DNA of 36,002 bases from a virus (IMGVR_UViG_3300037419_000564:1-36002); one strand, 5' to 3'. Shown: positions 26,501 through 35,139, counted from the first letter of the stretch. Made by a program: numbers and translations. The notes: a model not told the origin generated them from the sequence alone.

Positions 26501-26816
26501 CGCGGAAAAGTTCTCCGAACCCACCAGCCCAGAAGCGATGAGCCAAACGGCCCTGCTCGAGCACGATCTTCGGCAGGATGCGGGCGAACCCGTTAAAGCC
26601 GCTGAGAGCGCATCCGAAGGAAAGCCGCAGTCAGATACCGCTGAAGCGGCAAAAGGCCCTGAGAACGCATCTGGCGAGTCCACGGAGCATCTATTCGGCC
26701 TACCCTCAACCGGCTTCCGCCTCGACGAGGAAGGAGGCACGGTTTCCATCAAAGAAGCGCTCGACCAGGCCGACGCCGACGAAGCGGCTGCCAAAGCGCT
26801 GAGGGACTGCCTGTGA
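23595..26816 (+). CDS. Large internal virion protein with lytic-transglycosylase-like and ParB/Srx-like domains
   Basis: ITRAEG..RNPRSSADGYGNFIDSTW...LAHFLGPEGAAKVL (about 24865-25290); IVVDGHQRV (about 25400-25730). Confidence 0.75.
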   Translation: MSVLNALAQKDKGTAPVLPVLQKPPETTGFFQNVGAGFQQAVAGPHSTQNAKAIYESRAYDQIVQALNAEGEKATDMVESPVRSDSPFYRPVAGEQKLPDGRVLIPVQRQFANPFSEGPSATRDVNPLTNFYLGGDAAEQNRIWQAVQNVRKRNPDFLKEFPDPTAIDAWTMSRRQADETAAGQVTSRATVAGRVGSFIGGMAGSIASGDPENFVGGWSGAAGKTIARTVVKRAAEGAVANTAAGIVALPGQEADTERMGQAPMTTGEMARSVAENAAAGALFGAAHVVVPEAISATGKVVSAAAGKVAENLPAPVRDPIVAASIRAGTVKDRQLLYEFQRAHSPYAAVDTSTPTEKAAAHVMTHDIETREQSPLQPRQEGVNNQRLTNIAAALGVDLSPPDQPTTAPVAAPTVRDNGVSKPVAFSDAITRAEGSTRNPRSSADGYGNFIDSTWLSVAPKVTDTTGLSDAQILQLRHDKTIAQRATDYYAAQNSRYLRIRGLEDSPGNLSLAHFLGPEGAAKVLKADPSTPVESLLPPEVIRANHEVLQGKSASEVVAWAHKRIGASVDQPPARPDAVPDEDYDYSSPVPYVAETLKPDEVTTNAALMQYKSGGDENGVTDALKGVGQWNPILSQQILVWEPKEGGRIVVDGHQRVGLAKRLSAEGQDISLPALVVREADGITAEQARVLGALRNIANGTGTLLDNAKVLKDAPDAASLLPRNAPLARDSMGLAHLSYEAFGAAVNEVVPAHIAAQVGLNARHTPEAHMPILALLAKERVTDPREAAAITRQAVADGFGTAESHQLSMLGDEPKQSLYLPIARIASAAAKRLREEKRTFKVLTEKSGKIEAAGNVLDRTANESKVISNEEALAILERTSHSAGPVRDALVRAARSELSGARRPDAVNQFLDELNSIDLRAAAAGVGSDGGVREPSGGAGRDLSPEAQDEQLSRPSEPSLFDRAVIARDNAEKFSEPTSPEAMSQTALLEHDLRQDAGEPVKAAESASEGKPQSDTAEAAKGPENASGESTEHLFGLPSTGFRLDEEGGTVSIKEALDQADADEAAAKALRDCL

Positions 26817-29278
26817 CGATCCGGCGCTGCATTCCAGAATTGCTCGGTCAGGGCAAGATCACAGACGAACAGGCCGGTCGGATGAAAGACCTGTTCGAGG
26901 GTTTTGAGGGCCTATACGGCGACGAGGCTTCGGCTTCCCGAGCGACCGCAGACGCGTTCGAGCATGAGGCGATGCTGAAGCGCCGGCAGAACGTGCTTCA
27001 GCTCAGGGCGCAGCAGAAGATCGCCGCCGATGTAAGGCAGTTTCGCATCGACCGTCCCGGCCTTGCAGCCGAAGCGCTGTTGGCGGCCGATGATAGGGCG
27101 CCCTACCGGAACGTCGAGTTCATGGAGAAGGCGATCGCGAACGAGCACTTCGCGATGATGAACGAGCTGATCGACCGCTTCAGCCGGGATTTTGCAGGAC
27201 GGGTAAGAGATGTTGCTACGCTCCACGACTTCTTGCGTGAAAACTTCGGTGAGCATTCAGGAAACGACAGCGCGAAAATCCTCTCTAAATCGTGGCTAGA
27301 CACTACCGAGTCCCTACGGCTGCGGTTCAATGAGTTCGGCGGCGCTATCGGCAAAATGGAAAAATGGGGAATGCCACAAAGGCACGATATGCTTGCGGTG
27401 CGCGCCCGCCCCTTTGAAGAATGGCGGGACGACTTGATGGGGGGAGACGATGCGGAGGGCTGGCTAGATCGCGGCGAGATGGTTGACCAAGAAACGGGCC
27501 TCCCAATGACGCCGCAAAGGCTGGAGTTAGCCCTCCGTGCAGTGCATGAGACAGTTATTTCGGACGGCTGGAACGACCGCAATCCCGGCGCCTTCACTGG
27601 AAACGGAAAGATCGCCAACCGCCATGCCGATGCACGGTTCCTGAAGTTCAAGGACGCGAAGAGCTGGCTGGCTTATTCCGAGAAGTATGGCAGGCCGCTT
27701 TCCTCGCTGAGCGCAAAGTTCGATCCTGGCTCGGCAATCTACGACGCAATGATCTCGCATATCCACGGCATGAGCCGGGACATTGCCCTGATGGAGCGGC
27801 TTGGCCCTAATCCGAACGCGACGATCCGCTGGCTCACGGACAGCCTGAAAAAGGAAGCGCACCTTCCCAAATATCCCGGCGACAAGCGGGTCAAGCAGGC
27901 GGAGTCGTCGGCGGTCAGGATCGACAATCTCTACAAGGAACTGACCGGCGGGTTTCCGGTCGAGCATCCCAAGCTCGCCCGAACCATGTCCAGCATCCGC
28001 GCATGGGAAAGCGCGTCGAAGCTCGGCAGTGCGTTCCTGTCCTCTCTCGGCGATGTCGCCACGCAATATGTGACCCGGCGCTTCAATGGCCTTCCGGCAA
28101 TGCGGGTAGCGGCGGATTACGTCGGAAGCCTCAAGCCGACGAGCGCAGCTGACCGGGCGCACGCGGCGCGGCAGCGCTACATTGCCGAAAGCGCAGTAAG
28201 ATCGATGGGCGCTTACAACCGATGGACTGGCGAAGCGATGACGGGAGAAATCCCCGCTCGTCTCTCCAACGCGGTGATGCACCTCTCGCTTCTCGACAAA
28301 TGGACTGACGAAGGCCGGCGCCTGTTCAACAAGCAGGTCTGGGCCGCGATTACAGATAACGCGAACAAGAGCTGGGACACGCTCGGCAAGTCGACGATGG
28401 ATCGGCGGTTTCGGAGGATGCTCACCCGCTACGGCCTCAGCGAGGGGGATTGGGACGCGCTCCGCTCCACGCCTCTGCAGGAGGATGGCGGCGCACAGTG
28501 GATTTTGCCCGACAATCTGGCCGATCAGAACCTCGCCCGCCGGGTTGCCGAAATGGCGCTCCAGGAAACCGAGATGGCTATTCCCTCCTCGTCGCTGAGA
28601 GTGAGGGCGGCAATCGACGCCAACCTTCGCAAGGGATCAATTCCCGGTGAGATGTTCCGCTCCGTGATGCAGTTCCGCGGCTATCCCCTCCAGCTTTTCT
28701 GGTCGCATGGTCGGAGGGCCTTGGAAGAAGGGGGATGGGGAGCGTTCAAATATGCGGCCACGCTGTTCGTCGCCTCAAGCACGATGGGTGCCCTTGCCTA
28801 CCAGCTTGCCCGCATCTCCACGGGGCAGGACGCTGCAAACATGGACCCGCACGAAAACCCGGACTTCATCGCCCAAGCGATCTTCAAGGGCGGCGGCCTC
28901 GGTATTTTCGGGGATCTGATGCAGCATGTGAACTCGAAGGACTGGCGCGACTTCCTCACCCAGAACGCAGGGCCTGTCTATTCAGCGGCTCAGGACGTTG
29001 GAAACGTGTTCCTGTCGAAGAACCACGGCAAGGCGCTTTCCCAAGCGATCAAGAGCAACACCCCTGGCTCGAGCCTCTGGTATGCCAAGCTCGCCTTCCA
29101 GCGCGAGGTCATCGACCAGATGCAGGCCCAGATCGACCCCGATTATCGGCACAGCGGGGCGAAGATGGAGCAATACGCCCGTCAGCACGGCACGCGCTAT
29201 TGGTGGCGCCCATTCCACACCGCTCCAGACCGGGCACCGGAAGTGTCGCAGGTGAGGCCGCCGCAACCGGGCCAATAG
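26813..29278 (+). CDS. Large internal virion protein (gp16-like)
   Basis: 821 aa; WGMPQRHD, SKLGSAFLSS, GEMFRSVMQFRGYP, GGGLGIFGD, PGSSLWYAK; precedes the tail fibre. Confidence 0.8.
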   Translation: MTIRRCIPELLGQGKITDEQAGRMKDLFEGFEGLYGDEASASRATADAFEHEAMLKRRQNVLQLRAQQKIAADVRQFRIDRPGLAAEALLAADDRAPYRNVEFMEKAIANEHFAMMNELIDRFSRDFAGRVRDVATLHDFLRENFGEHSGNDSAKILSKSWLDTTESLRLRFNEFGGAIGKMEKWGMPQRHDMLAVRARPFEEWRDDLMGGDDAEGWLDRGEMVDQETGLPMTPQRLELALRAVHETVISDGWNDRNPGAFTGNGKIANRHADARFLKFKDAKSWLAYSEKYGRPLSSLSAKFDPGSAIYDAMISHIHGMSRDIALMERLGPNPNATIRWLTDSLKKEAHLPKYPGDKRVKQAESSAVRIDNLYKELTGGFPVEHPKLARTMSSIRAWESASKLGSAFLSSLGDVATQYVTRRFNGLPAMRVAADYVGSLKPTSAADRAHAARQRYIAESAVRSMGAYNRWTGEAMTGEIPARLSNAVMHLSLLDKWTDEGRRLFNKQVWAAITDNANKSWDTLGKSTMDRRFRRMLTRYGLSEGDWDALRSTPLQEDGGAQWILPDNLADQNLARRVAEMALQETEMAIPSSSLRVRAAIDANLRKGSIPGEMFRSVMQFRGYPLQLFWSHGRRALEEGGWGAFKYAATLFVASSTMGALAYQLARISTGQDAANMDPHENPDFIAQAIFKGGGLGIFGDLMQHVNSKDWRDFLTQNAGPVYSAAQDVGNVFLSKNHGKALSQAIKSNTPGSSLWYAKLAFQREVIDQMQAQIDPDYRHSGAKMEQYARQHGTRYWWRPFHTAPDRAPEVSQVRPPQPGQ

Positions 29279-29280
29279 CC

Positions 29281-29313
29281 GCGATTCAAGAGCAGGAAGC
29301 GGTGCCGTAGCCA
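29281..29313 (+). promoter_or_regulatory. GCGATTCAA-type putative late promoter
   Basis: GCGATTCAA-N18-TAGCCA-N6-GTG(29320). Confidence 0.7.
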
Positions 29314-29319
29314 AGCGGC

Positions 29320-32300
29320 GTGACCGTCACCACCACAGCAGCTTCGGCGGGGCCATACGTCGCCAACGGGTCAACGACCGTGTTCCCGTTCAGCTTTGTC
29401 GCGCTCAGCACAACCGAACTCCAGGTCGCCCGACAGTCCGCGACGACCGGGGCATGGACCGTCCTTGGCGGCTATACGGTCTCTCTGAACGCCAACCAGG
29501 CCACCGATCCGGGCGGCTCCGTCACCTTCTCGGTCGCTCCTGTCGCGGGCGATCCGCTCTTTATCCTTTCCGACCCGGATTTCGCTCAACAGGCCAATTT
29601 TGCCAATCAGGGCAGTTGGTCGCCGACGGCGGTCAATATAGCTTTCGACCGTTCGGACGTTCGGGCGATCCGCTTGCTGAGCGATGCCGAGAGGGCGATC
29701 AAGGTTCCTCTCGGAGAGACCGCCACCGCCCTTCCGTCGGCCGCCAACCGGGCCGATAAGGTCGTCGCCTTCGACGCTTCAGGGAATATCTACGCGCCTG
29801 ACGTTTCGGCGCAAAACCTCGAAACCCTTGCTGGCATTTCCTCACAGATCGTCACCGTCGCGGCCCGGGACGCGGACATCGGCACGGTCGCCGGGAACCT
29901 GACCGGAACGAACACGATTGGCACGGTCGCCGGTTCGATCACGAACGTGAACGCCGTCGGCGGAAGCATCACGCAAGTGCTGAGTGTCGCCGCCGATCTC
30001 ACCAACATCAACGCCTTGGCGGGCGACCTCACCAACATCAACACCGTCGCTGGCAGTATCGCCAATGTGAACCTGACCGGCGGCAGTATCGCCAATGTCA
30101 ACACGGTCGCGGGAGCGGTCGCGAACGTCAACACGACCGCGACGAATATCACGAACGTGAACGCGGTTGGCGGCAGCATCACGAACGTCAACACCGTCGC
30201 CACGAACATCACGGGCGTGAACACCACGGCGACCAATATCGCGGCAATCCTCGACGCGCCGAATCAGGCCGCCTCCGCAGCCGCGAGCGCTACCGCTTAT
30301 CCCGACGTTGCCGCCGCGGTCGGTCCCGACCTTCTCTCCGGCGTCTCGGGATCGACAATCGGCTCAACCACGCCGAACACTTCCACCGCGCCAGTCGGCC
30401 AGGCCTACGCAAACGACACGCCGACATCGAACGCCCAAATCCTGCAGACCGTCTCGGTTCGCCTGAGCGCGACGGGCACTGGCAACGTCGAAATCGTCGC
30501 GCCGGTGAACGGCGTCCAGACGATCCTGACCATCGTTCCGGTGACGGTCACGACTATTCCCCAAACCTTCACGATGCCGGCGAACACGGTGTTGCCGAAG
30601 AACGGGCGCGTATTCTATCGCCGCCTCACCGGCGGAACGCTGCGGTATGTGCTCAGCAGCACGCCGCTGCAGGTAAATTACACCGACGCCGACGCGGCGG
30701 ATAATCAGGTTACGCTCGCCAGCGGCGCGTCAACGATGGCGTTGAGCTATACCGCGCGCGCCGCCGCGTTGTCGCTGGCCGACCGGGTAACGGCCAACGA
30801 ATCGCTTACTGCAGAGCTCAAAAACTACCAATATTCGCTCGGCAAGGAAGTTACTCCGGTTCTTGGCAACGGCGGCAACTCGGCCGCCAACACCTGGATT
30901 TTCGCGCTCCCCAACGCTCGCGGCGGACTGCTGCGTGTTCAAGCCTTCGGATGGACCGCTGGCGGCACGATGAAGGTCCGCCGCTTCAGCCGGTCGGGGA
31001 GCACTTACACGCAAGTCGGTTCCGACATCCTCGTCACCGTTCCTGTCAATGGGCTGGTCACTTTTGAGACCGGCGTGACTGTCAACGCTGGCGAATACCT
31101 AGGCTTCTACGCGCCGATCAACTGTCTCTCTTTCACCAGCACCGACACCGGAAGCAACGGCGGTCGCCTTACCGGCACCGGCGACCAGACCACGATCACC
31201 AGCAGCACGAAAACGACATCCGGCGCCTTCCAGATAAGGTTCGATGTTGCGAGCGCCCAGCTTGTCGCGGATGTCAACAGCCGGCTCTCGGAGGTCGAGA
31301 ACGAGGTCTACACGACCGTCGCCGGCAATCCCGACGCGCTCGCGGCCGGCAATGGCGGACTCATCGCCGCCAACACCTTTGCTTTCTACGATCCGATAGA
31401 GCGCGGAGGGCGGCTGCGGGTGCGCGTTCGCGGCGGTCCAGGGCAATCCGGCTCTTTCCCCGTTCGCCGCTTCAGCCGCTCGGGAGACACCTACACGCAG
31501 GTCGGCTCGGACATTTTTGTCCCCGTGCAAATGGGGCAAGTGACGGTGTTCGACACTGGCGTCACCGTCAACGCGGGCGAGTTCCTGGGCTTTTCCGGCA
31601 TGGGCCTCACCGGCATGGTGGCCTTCACGCCGGGAGTTTCCAGAAGTGGCGGCTTCGTCGTCGGCGTCGGCGATACAACCTCGTTCACCGACTCCGCCGC
31701 CGACAACAGCGGCAGCTTCGAAATCGGGTTTGATGTTCCGGGCCAGCTCGGCGCCGCTGGCAGCAGCGTGTTCGCGGGCACCAACCTCGTCTGCCTTGGC
31801 GACAGCATGACGGAGGGCAACACCTATCCCGACACGATTGCGGAGCGGCTAGGTCTCTCCACGATCGAATGCGGCTTCGGCGGTTCTCAGCTGACTTACG
31901 ATCCGACCAACGATGCTGACCGCTGCGGCCTCAGCATCGTCAAGATAGCAGAGGCGATCGCTTCCGGCGACTGGACCGCGCTGACGACCTTCGCGAACGG
32001 GCTGGGGAACCCTTGGGCGGCCACGGCGGCGCGGCTGGCGGCGGTCGACTGGACCACGATCAGCTACATCACGATCTTCATCGGAACGAACGACTACGGC
32101 GCCGGCCAGTGCCCGCTTGGAGCCACGACCTCGACCAACCAGGCCGAGTTCAACGGCGCCTGGAATTATGTGATCCCGACGATCCTGGCGGCGAAGCCGT
32201 GGGTCAAGCTGGTCGCGATCACGCCGACCTACCGCTCCCGGTTCGTATCTGGCGACGGGCACGATTCCGACACCTACGCCAATTCGCAAGGGCTCGTGCT

Positions 32301-32490
32301 TCCGCAATATGCCGACGCGACGATTGACCGCGCCAAGGCCAGACACATTCCGGTGCTCGACCTCAACCGGACCTCCGGCATCAACGCTTCGACGGCATCC
32401 TATTATCTCGTGGACGGCCTGCATCAGAACACGATCGGCGACCCGCTTCTCGGCGGCAAGATCGCGGCGTTCTTGGCTGCGAGCTTCTAG
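29320..32490 (+). CDS. Tail fibre/spike with C-terminal SGNH (GDSL) hydrolase
   Basis: YVANGSTTVFPFSF T7 gp17-like anchor; heptad repeats; tandem beta modules; LGDSMTEG...GFGG...GTND...DGLH. Confidence 0.9.
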   Translation: MTVTTTAASAGPYVANGSTTVFPFSFVALSTTELQVARQSATTGAWTVLGGYTVSLNANQATDPGGSVTFSVAPVAGDPLFILSDPDFAQQANFANQGSWSPTAVNIAFDRSDVRAIRLLSDAERAIKVPLGETATALPSAANRADKVVAFDASGNIYAPDVSAQNLETLAGISSQIVTVAARDADIGTVAGNLTGTNTIGTVAGSITNVNAVGGSITQVLSVAADLTNINALAGDLTNINTVAGSIANVNLTGGSIANVNTVAGAVANVNTTATNITNVNAVGGSITNVNTVATNITGVNTTATNIAAILDAPNQAASAAASATAYPDVAAAVGPDLLSGVSGSTIGSTTPNTSTAPVGQAYANDTPTSNAQILQTVSVRLSATGTGNVEIVAPVNGVQTILTIVPVTVTTIPQTFTMPANTVLPKNGRVFYRRLTGGTLRYVLSSTPLQVNYTDADAADNQVTLASGASTMALSYTARAAALSLADRVTANESLTAELKNYQYSLGKEVTPVLGNGGNSAANTWIFALPNARGGLLRVQAFGWTAGGTMKVRRFSRSGSTYTQVGSDILVTVPVNGLVTFETGVTVNAGEYLGFYAPINCLSFTSTDTGSNGGRLTGTGDQTTITSSTKTTSGAFQIRFDVASAQLVADVNSRLSEVENEVYTTVAGNPDALAAGNGGLIAANTFAFYDPIERGGRLRVRVRGGPGQSGSFPVRRFSRSGDTYTQVGSDIFVPVQMGQVTVFDTGVTVNAGEFLGFSGMGLTGMVAFTPGVSRSGGFVVGVGDTTSFTDSAADNSGSFEIGFDVPGQLGAAGSSVFAGTNLVCLGDSMTEGNTYPDTIAERLGLSTIECGFGGSQLTYDPTNDADRCGLSIVKIAEAIASGDWTALTTFANGLGNPWAATAARLAAVDWTTISYITIFIGTNDYGAGQCPLGATTSTNQAEFNGAWNYVIPTILAAKPWVKLVAITPTYRSRFVSGDGHDSDTYANSQGLVLPQYADATIDRAKARHIPVLDLNRTSGINASTASYYLVDGLHQNTIGDPLLGGKIAAFLAASF
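29860..30250 (+). repeat. Heptad/14-residue repeats in the tail fibre shaft
   Basis: Recurrent (I)TNVN[TA]V-[AG]-[GT]-[SN] units, e.g. ATCACGAACGT at 29938, 30148, 30178. Confidence 0.8.
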
Positions 32491-32538
32491 CGGATGGGAG
32501 TGTAGCAACCATGCCGCCGCGTTCGGGCCAGTTGAACC

Positions 32539-32970
32539 ATGCTTAGTCCGGTCGGCTCCTCGCCTGCAGGATGGGCCACAACGGCAGGCGTCTGGATCGC
32601 CGCGCTGACGCTGATCGGTATTGCGATTCGGCAGCTCGTCCCGTGGAAGAAGCAGGAGAACGACAGCGAGGCGCAATTCCGCGATGCGCTGATCCGCCGA
32701 GTGGAGGCCCTGGAAAGCAAGATCGAGAGGCAGGAAGCGCGGCACCGCGCCGAGCAGGGCCTAAGCAACCACAAGCTCCGCAACATGACGGCCTGCTTCG
32801 ACGCGATGCTGCTGATGCTCGAGATGACGCCCGAGCGCGGGCCGGAGATCGTGACCAAGATCAAGGCAATGCGCGCCGACCAGATGAAGGCCGAAGCGCG
32901 GGAGGCGGCGATTATCCGCGCGGCCGACATCAGCGGAGGGGAAACGCCCGTGGCGGAGGAGGGGCCGTGA
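32539..32970 (+). CDS. Membrane-anchored coiled-coil protein, holin/antiholin candidate
   Basis: One TM helix then a coiled coil; directly upstream of the endolysin. Confidence 0.65.
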   Translation: MLSPVGSSPAGWATTAGVWIAALTLIGIAIRQLVPWKKQENDSEAQFRDALIRRVEALESKIERQEARHRAEQGLSNHKLRNMTACFDAMLLMLEMTPERGPEIVTKIKAMRADQMKAEAREAAIIRAADISGGETPVAEEGP

Positions 32971-33590
32971 GCTGGCGCGACACCCAGCAGAAGCTCAACA
33001 GCTTCGGCTACGGGCTGGCGGTCGACGGCGTTCCCGGCCCGAAAACCTATGCGGCGCTGTTCGCGTATATGGGCGCGAAGGACATCGCCCCGGCCCTCGG
33101 GCAAGCGGCTGCGAAATACTTCCCGCAATTCCACATTAGCGACAGCCCGCTACGGGTTGCTCACTTCATCGCCCAGGCGGCGGAGGAGACGGGTAATTTC
33201 CGCTGGCTCCGCGAGCTGTGGGGGCCGACCGACGCGCAGAAGGGCTATGAGGGCCGCAGCGACTTGGGAAACTGCATCCCCGGCGACGGTCAAAGGTTCC
33301 TAGGCCGCGGCATATTCCAGATCACTGGCAGGGACAATTACGAGCGCTTCGGCAAGCAATGCGGCGTCGATCTGTGTTGCAACCCGGACCTGGCGCAGCA
33401 GCCTGAGACGGCGCTGCATATCGCGTGCCTCTACTGGAACGAGCACAATCTGAACGCCTATGCCGACGCTGACAATATCCTCGCCACATCGAACGGCATC
33501 AACCGCGGCAACCCGCAAAGCACTCGCCTGCCCAACGGATATGACGCCCGGCGGATGGCGCTGGCAAAAGCAAAGCGGGTGCTCTCATGA
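32967..33590 (+). CDS. GH19 endolysin with N-terminal peptidoglycan-binding segment
   Basis: GTGA overlap; LAVDGVPGPKT; AHFIAQAAEETGNF...E, YEGRSDLGN...GDG.RFLGRGIFQITGRDNY. Confidence 0.92.
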   Translation: MSWRDTQQKLNSFGYGLAVDGVPGPKTYAALFAYMGAKDIAPALGQAAAKYFPQFHISDSPLRVAHFIAQAAEETGNFRWLRELWGPTDAQKGYEGRSDLGNCIPGDGQRFLGRGIFQITGRDNYERFGKQCGVDLCCNPDLAQQPETALHIACLYWNEHNLNAYADADNILATSNGINRGNPQSTRLPNGYDARRMALAKAKRVLS

Positions 33591-34033
33591 GCTTCTGGCG
33601 CGAGCTCCTGCACACGCTGGCGAGAAACCCAATTTCCACTTTCGCGGTTGGCTGCGTAGCCGCGACGGGCCTCTACCTCGCCTACATGACGAACCAGCTT
33701 CTGCAGGTTCTCACCAGCCCTCACTGGTGCGCCAATGCCATTCAGGCGGAAAAGATCAGCCCCGGCAGCACCTATGTCGGGCTGACCACCTGCGTGAGCC
33801 TGCTGACCATCCAGCTTCAGGCGGTGGCGACGGGCTTTCATATCTCCGTCGGCAGCTTCGCGCTCACCCTCATTGTCCTGATCGTCGTCGTGATCGCTGG
33901 CGCCCATGCGACCTTCAAGGCCGGATCGCAGGGGATAGAGGGGAGTGTCGGCAGGGATGCGCCGGCTGCGGCTCAGACCGTGGCTGACAGCGCTCAGACG
34001 ACCGCAGACGTAATCAAGGATCAGACACCATGA
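33587..34033 (+). CDS. Multi-pass membrane protein, holin candidate
   Basis: Two to three hydrophobic segments; ATGA coupling to the endolysin. Confidence 0.65.
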   Translation: MSFWRELLHTLARNPISTFAVGCVAATGLYLAYMTNQLLQVLTSPHWCANAIQAEKISPGSTYVGLTTCVSLLTIQLQAVATGFHISVGSFALTLIVLIVVVIAGAHATFKAGSQGIEGSVGRDAPAAAQTVADSAQTTADVIKDQTP

Positions 34034-34161
34034 ACGCGGCCATGCTCGGCTTGCTCGCGGTGAGCATTTTCGCGTCCGGTGCGGTTGTCGGATGGGCGGT
34101 CAGGGACAGCCGCGAAGATGATGACCCGCCAGCGCGAGATGAAGGCGATTGGCTCGCGTGA
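34030..34161 (+). CDS. Small single-pass membrane protein (43 aa)
   Basis: Manual translation MNAAMLGLLAVSIFASGAVVGWAVRDSREDDDPPARDEGDWLA; ATGA and GTGA overlaps. Confidence 0.6.
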   Translation: MNAAMLGLLAVSIFASGAVVGWAVRDSREDDDPPARDEGDWLA

Positions 34162-34361
34162 AAAGCCTCCCCCTCCTTCTCGCCACCATCGGCCTCGCCT
34201 TGGCGACGATCGCGTTGCTCGAGGCTCAACACGCAGCGCAGAACGATGCACTCCCCCTTACCCACGCGGATTACGAAGTCTGCGCCACTGTGCAGCCACC
34301 ACCACTGACGCCGAACGCCAAGCGGCGCCGAATGCCGTCATCCACTGCGGAGCTTAGCTGA
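34158..34361 (+). CDS. Small signal-anchor protein
   Basis: GTGA overlap; MKSLPLLLATIGLALATIALL...; TGATG coupling to the next gene. Confidence 0.55.
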   Translation: MKSLPLLLATIGLALATIALLEAQHAAQNDALPLTHADYEVCATVQPPPLTPNAKRRRMPSSTAELS

Positions 34362-34810
34362 TGCCTAGTCTCTCCACCCTCAAGCTCATCGGCTATGGCG
34401 TCGGCGTTCTGGCCGTCATTGCCTTGCTGGCGATGGTCAATGGCTGGCGCGTCGAGCGCAACCATCTGCGCGATTGGCAGTCATCGGTAGTGACCGCGAC
34501 CCGCCAGGCGTCGAACAATCCGAAGCTGTCGGTGAAGGACGTTCCGCAGCAGATCCACTTCATGGAGCAGGCAATCGGCACGCTGACCCAAGCCCTCAAT
34601 AAACAAAGCGCGGCGGTGAACGCAATGGGGCAGGAATCGGCTCGCCAGCAGCAGAAGGCGGCGCAGGCCTCTCAGGTCGCGCAGGGGCGCGCGCGCGAGG
34701 CTGAGAGTGTCAGCGCCCGGCTAACTGCCTCTTCGCGCTCTACAGTGCCTCCAGCGGCTTCCACGGGGCCATGCGAGCCGAGCAAGGCATTGAAGGAGCA
34801 ATGGCGATGA
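34361..34810 (+). CDS. Rz: Inner-membrane spanin (Rz-like)
   Basis: N-terminal TM, coiled coil, C-terminal Cys (GPCEPS). Confidence 0.75.
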   Translation: MPSLSTLKLIGYGVGVLAVIALLAMVNGWRVERNHLRDWQSSVVTATRQASNNPKLSVKDVPQQIHFMEQAIGTLTQALNKQSAAVNAMGQESARQQQKAAQASQVAQGRAREAESVSARLTASSRSTVPPAASTGPCEPSKALKEQWR

Positions 34811-35139
34811 AAAGCAGGTCGGAAACTTCGAGCGGAGGTCGGAAAGTGGTTTCCGTCCTCGCGCTGCTTGCCGCCGCCTGCTCCACGCCTGCGGTGAAAA
34901 CCGAAACCGTCGAGGTCAAGGTCCCCGTCGCCGTTCAGCCCATCAAGCCGGATCAGGTGCCGACGCCGCCGTCGCCGCTCGGGCCACGGCCAAACTCGCT
35001 CAGCGCCGCGGCCGACACGCTCCTGGCCGATCATTGCCGATGGGTCGCGTTCGGGCTGCGAGCGTTCCCTCTGCTGAGGGTGAGCGCCGGACTGCCGCCG
35101 CAGGACTTGCCGCGCTACCCTGAGTGCGAGGGGCGCTGA
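34807..35139 (+). CDS. Rz1: Outer-membrane spanin lipoprotein (Rz1-like)
   Basis: Lipobox LLAAAC-S, VEVKVPV, Pro-rich; alternative GTG start at 34846. Confidence 0.75.
   Translation: MKSRSETSSGGRKVVSVLALLAAACSTPAVKTETVEVKVPVAVQPIKPDQVPTPPSPLGPRPNSLSAAADTLLADHCRWVAFGLRAFPLLRVSAGLPPQDLPRYPECEGR

Noticed and set aside
29860-30250. CRISPR-like or non-coding tandem repeat
   Set aside because: Repeats are degenerate, in frame and vary at third codon positions, so they are protein heptads.
29320-32490. BPP-1-like diversity-generating retroelement targeting the fibre
   Set aside because: No reverse transcriptase or template repeat in the window; the internal duplication differs at all base types, not only adenines.
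32571-32966. Long N-terminal extension of the endolysin in the ORF track
   Set aside because: Overlaps the 32539..32970 gene; GGAGGAGG and the GTGA overlap support the start at 32967.
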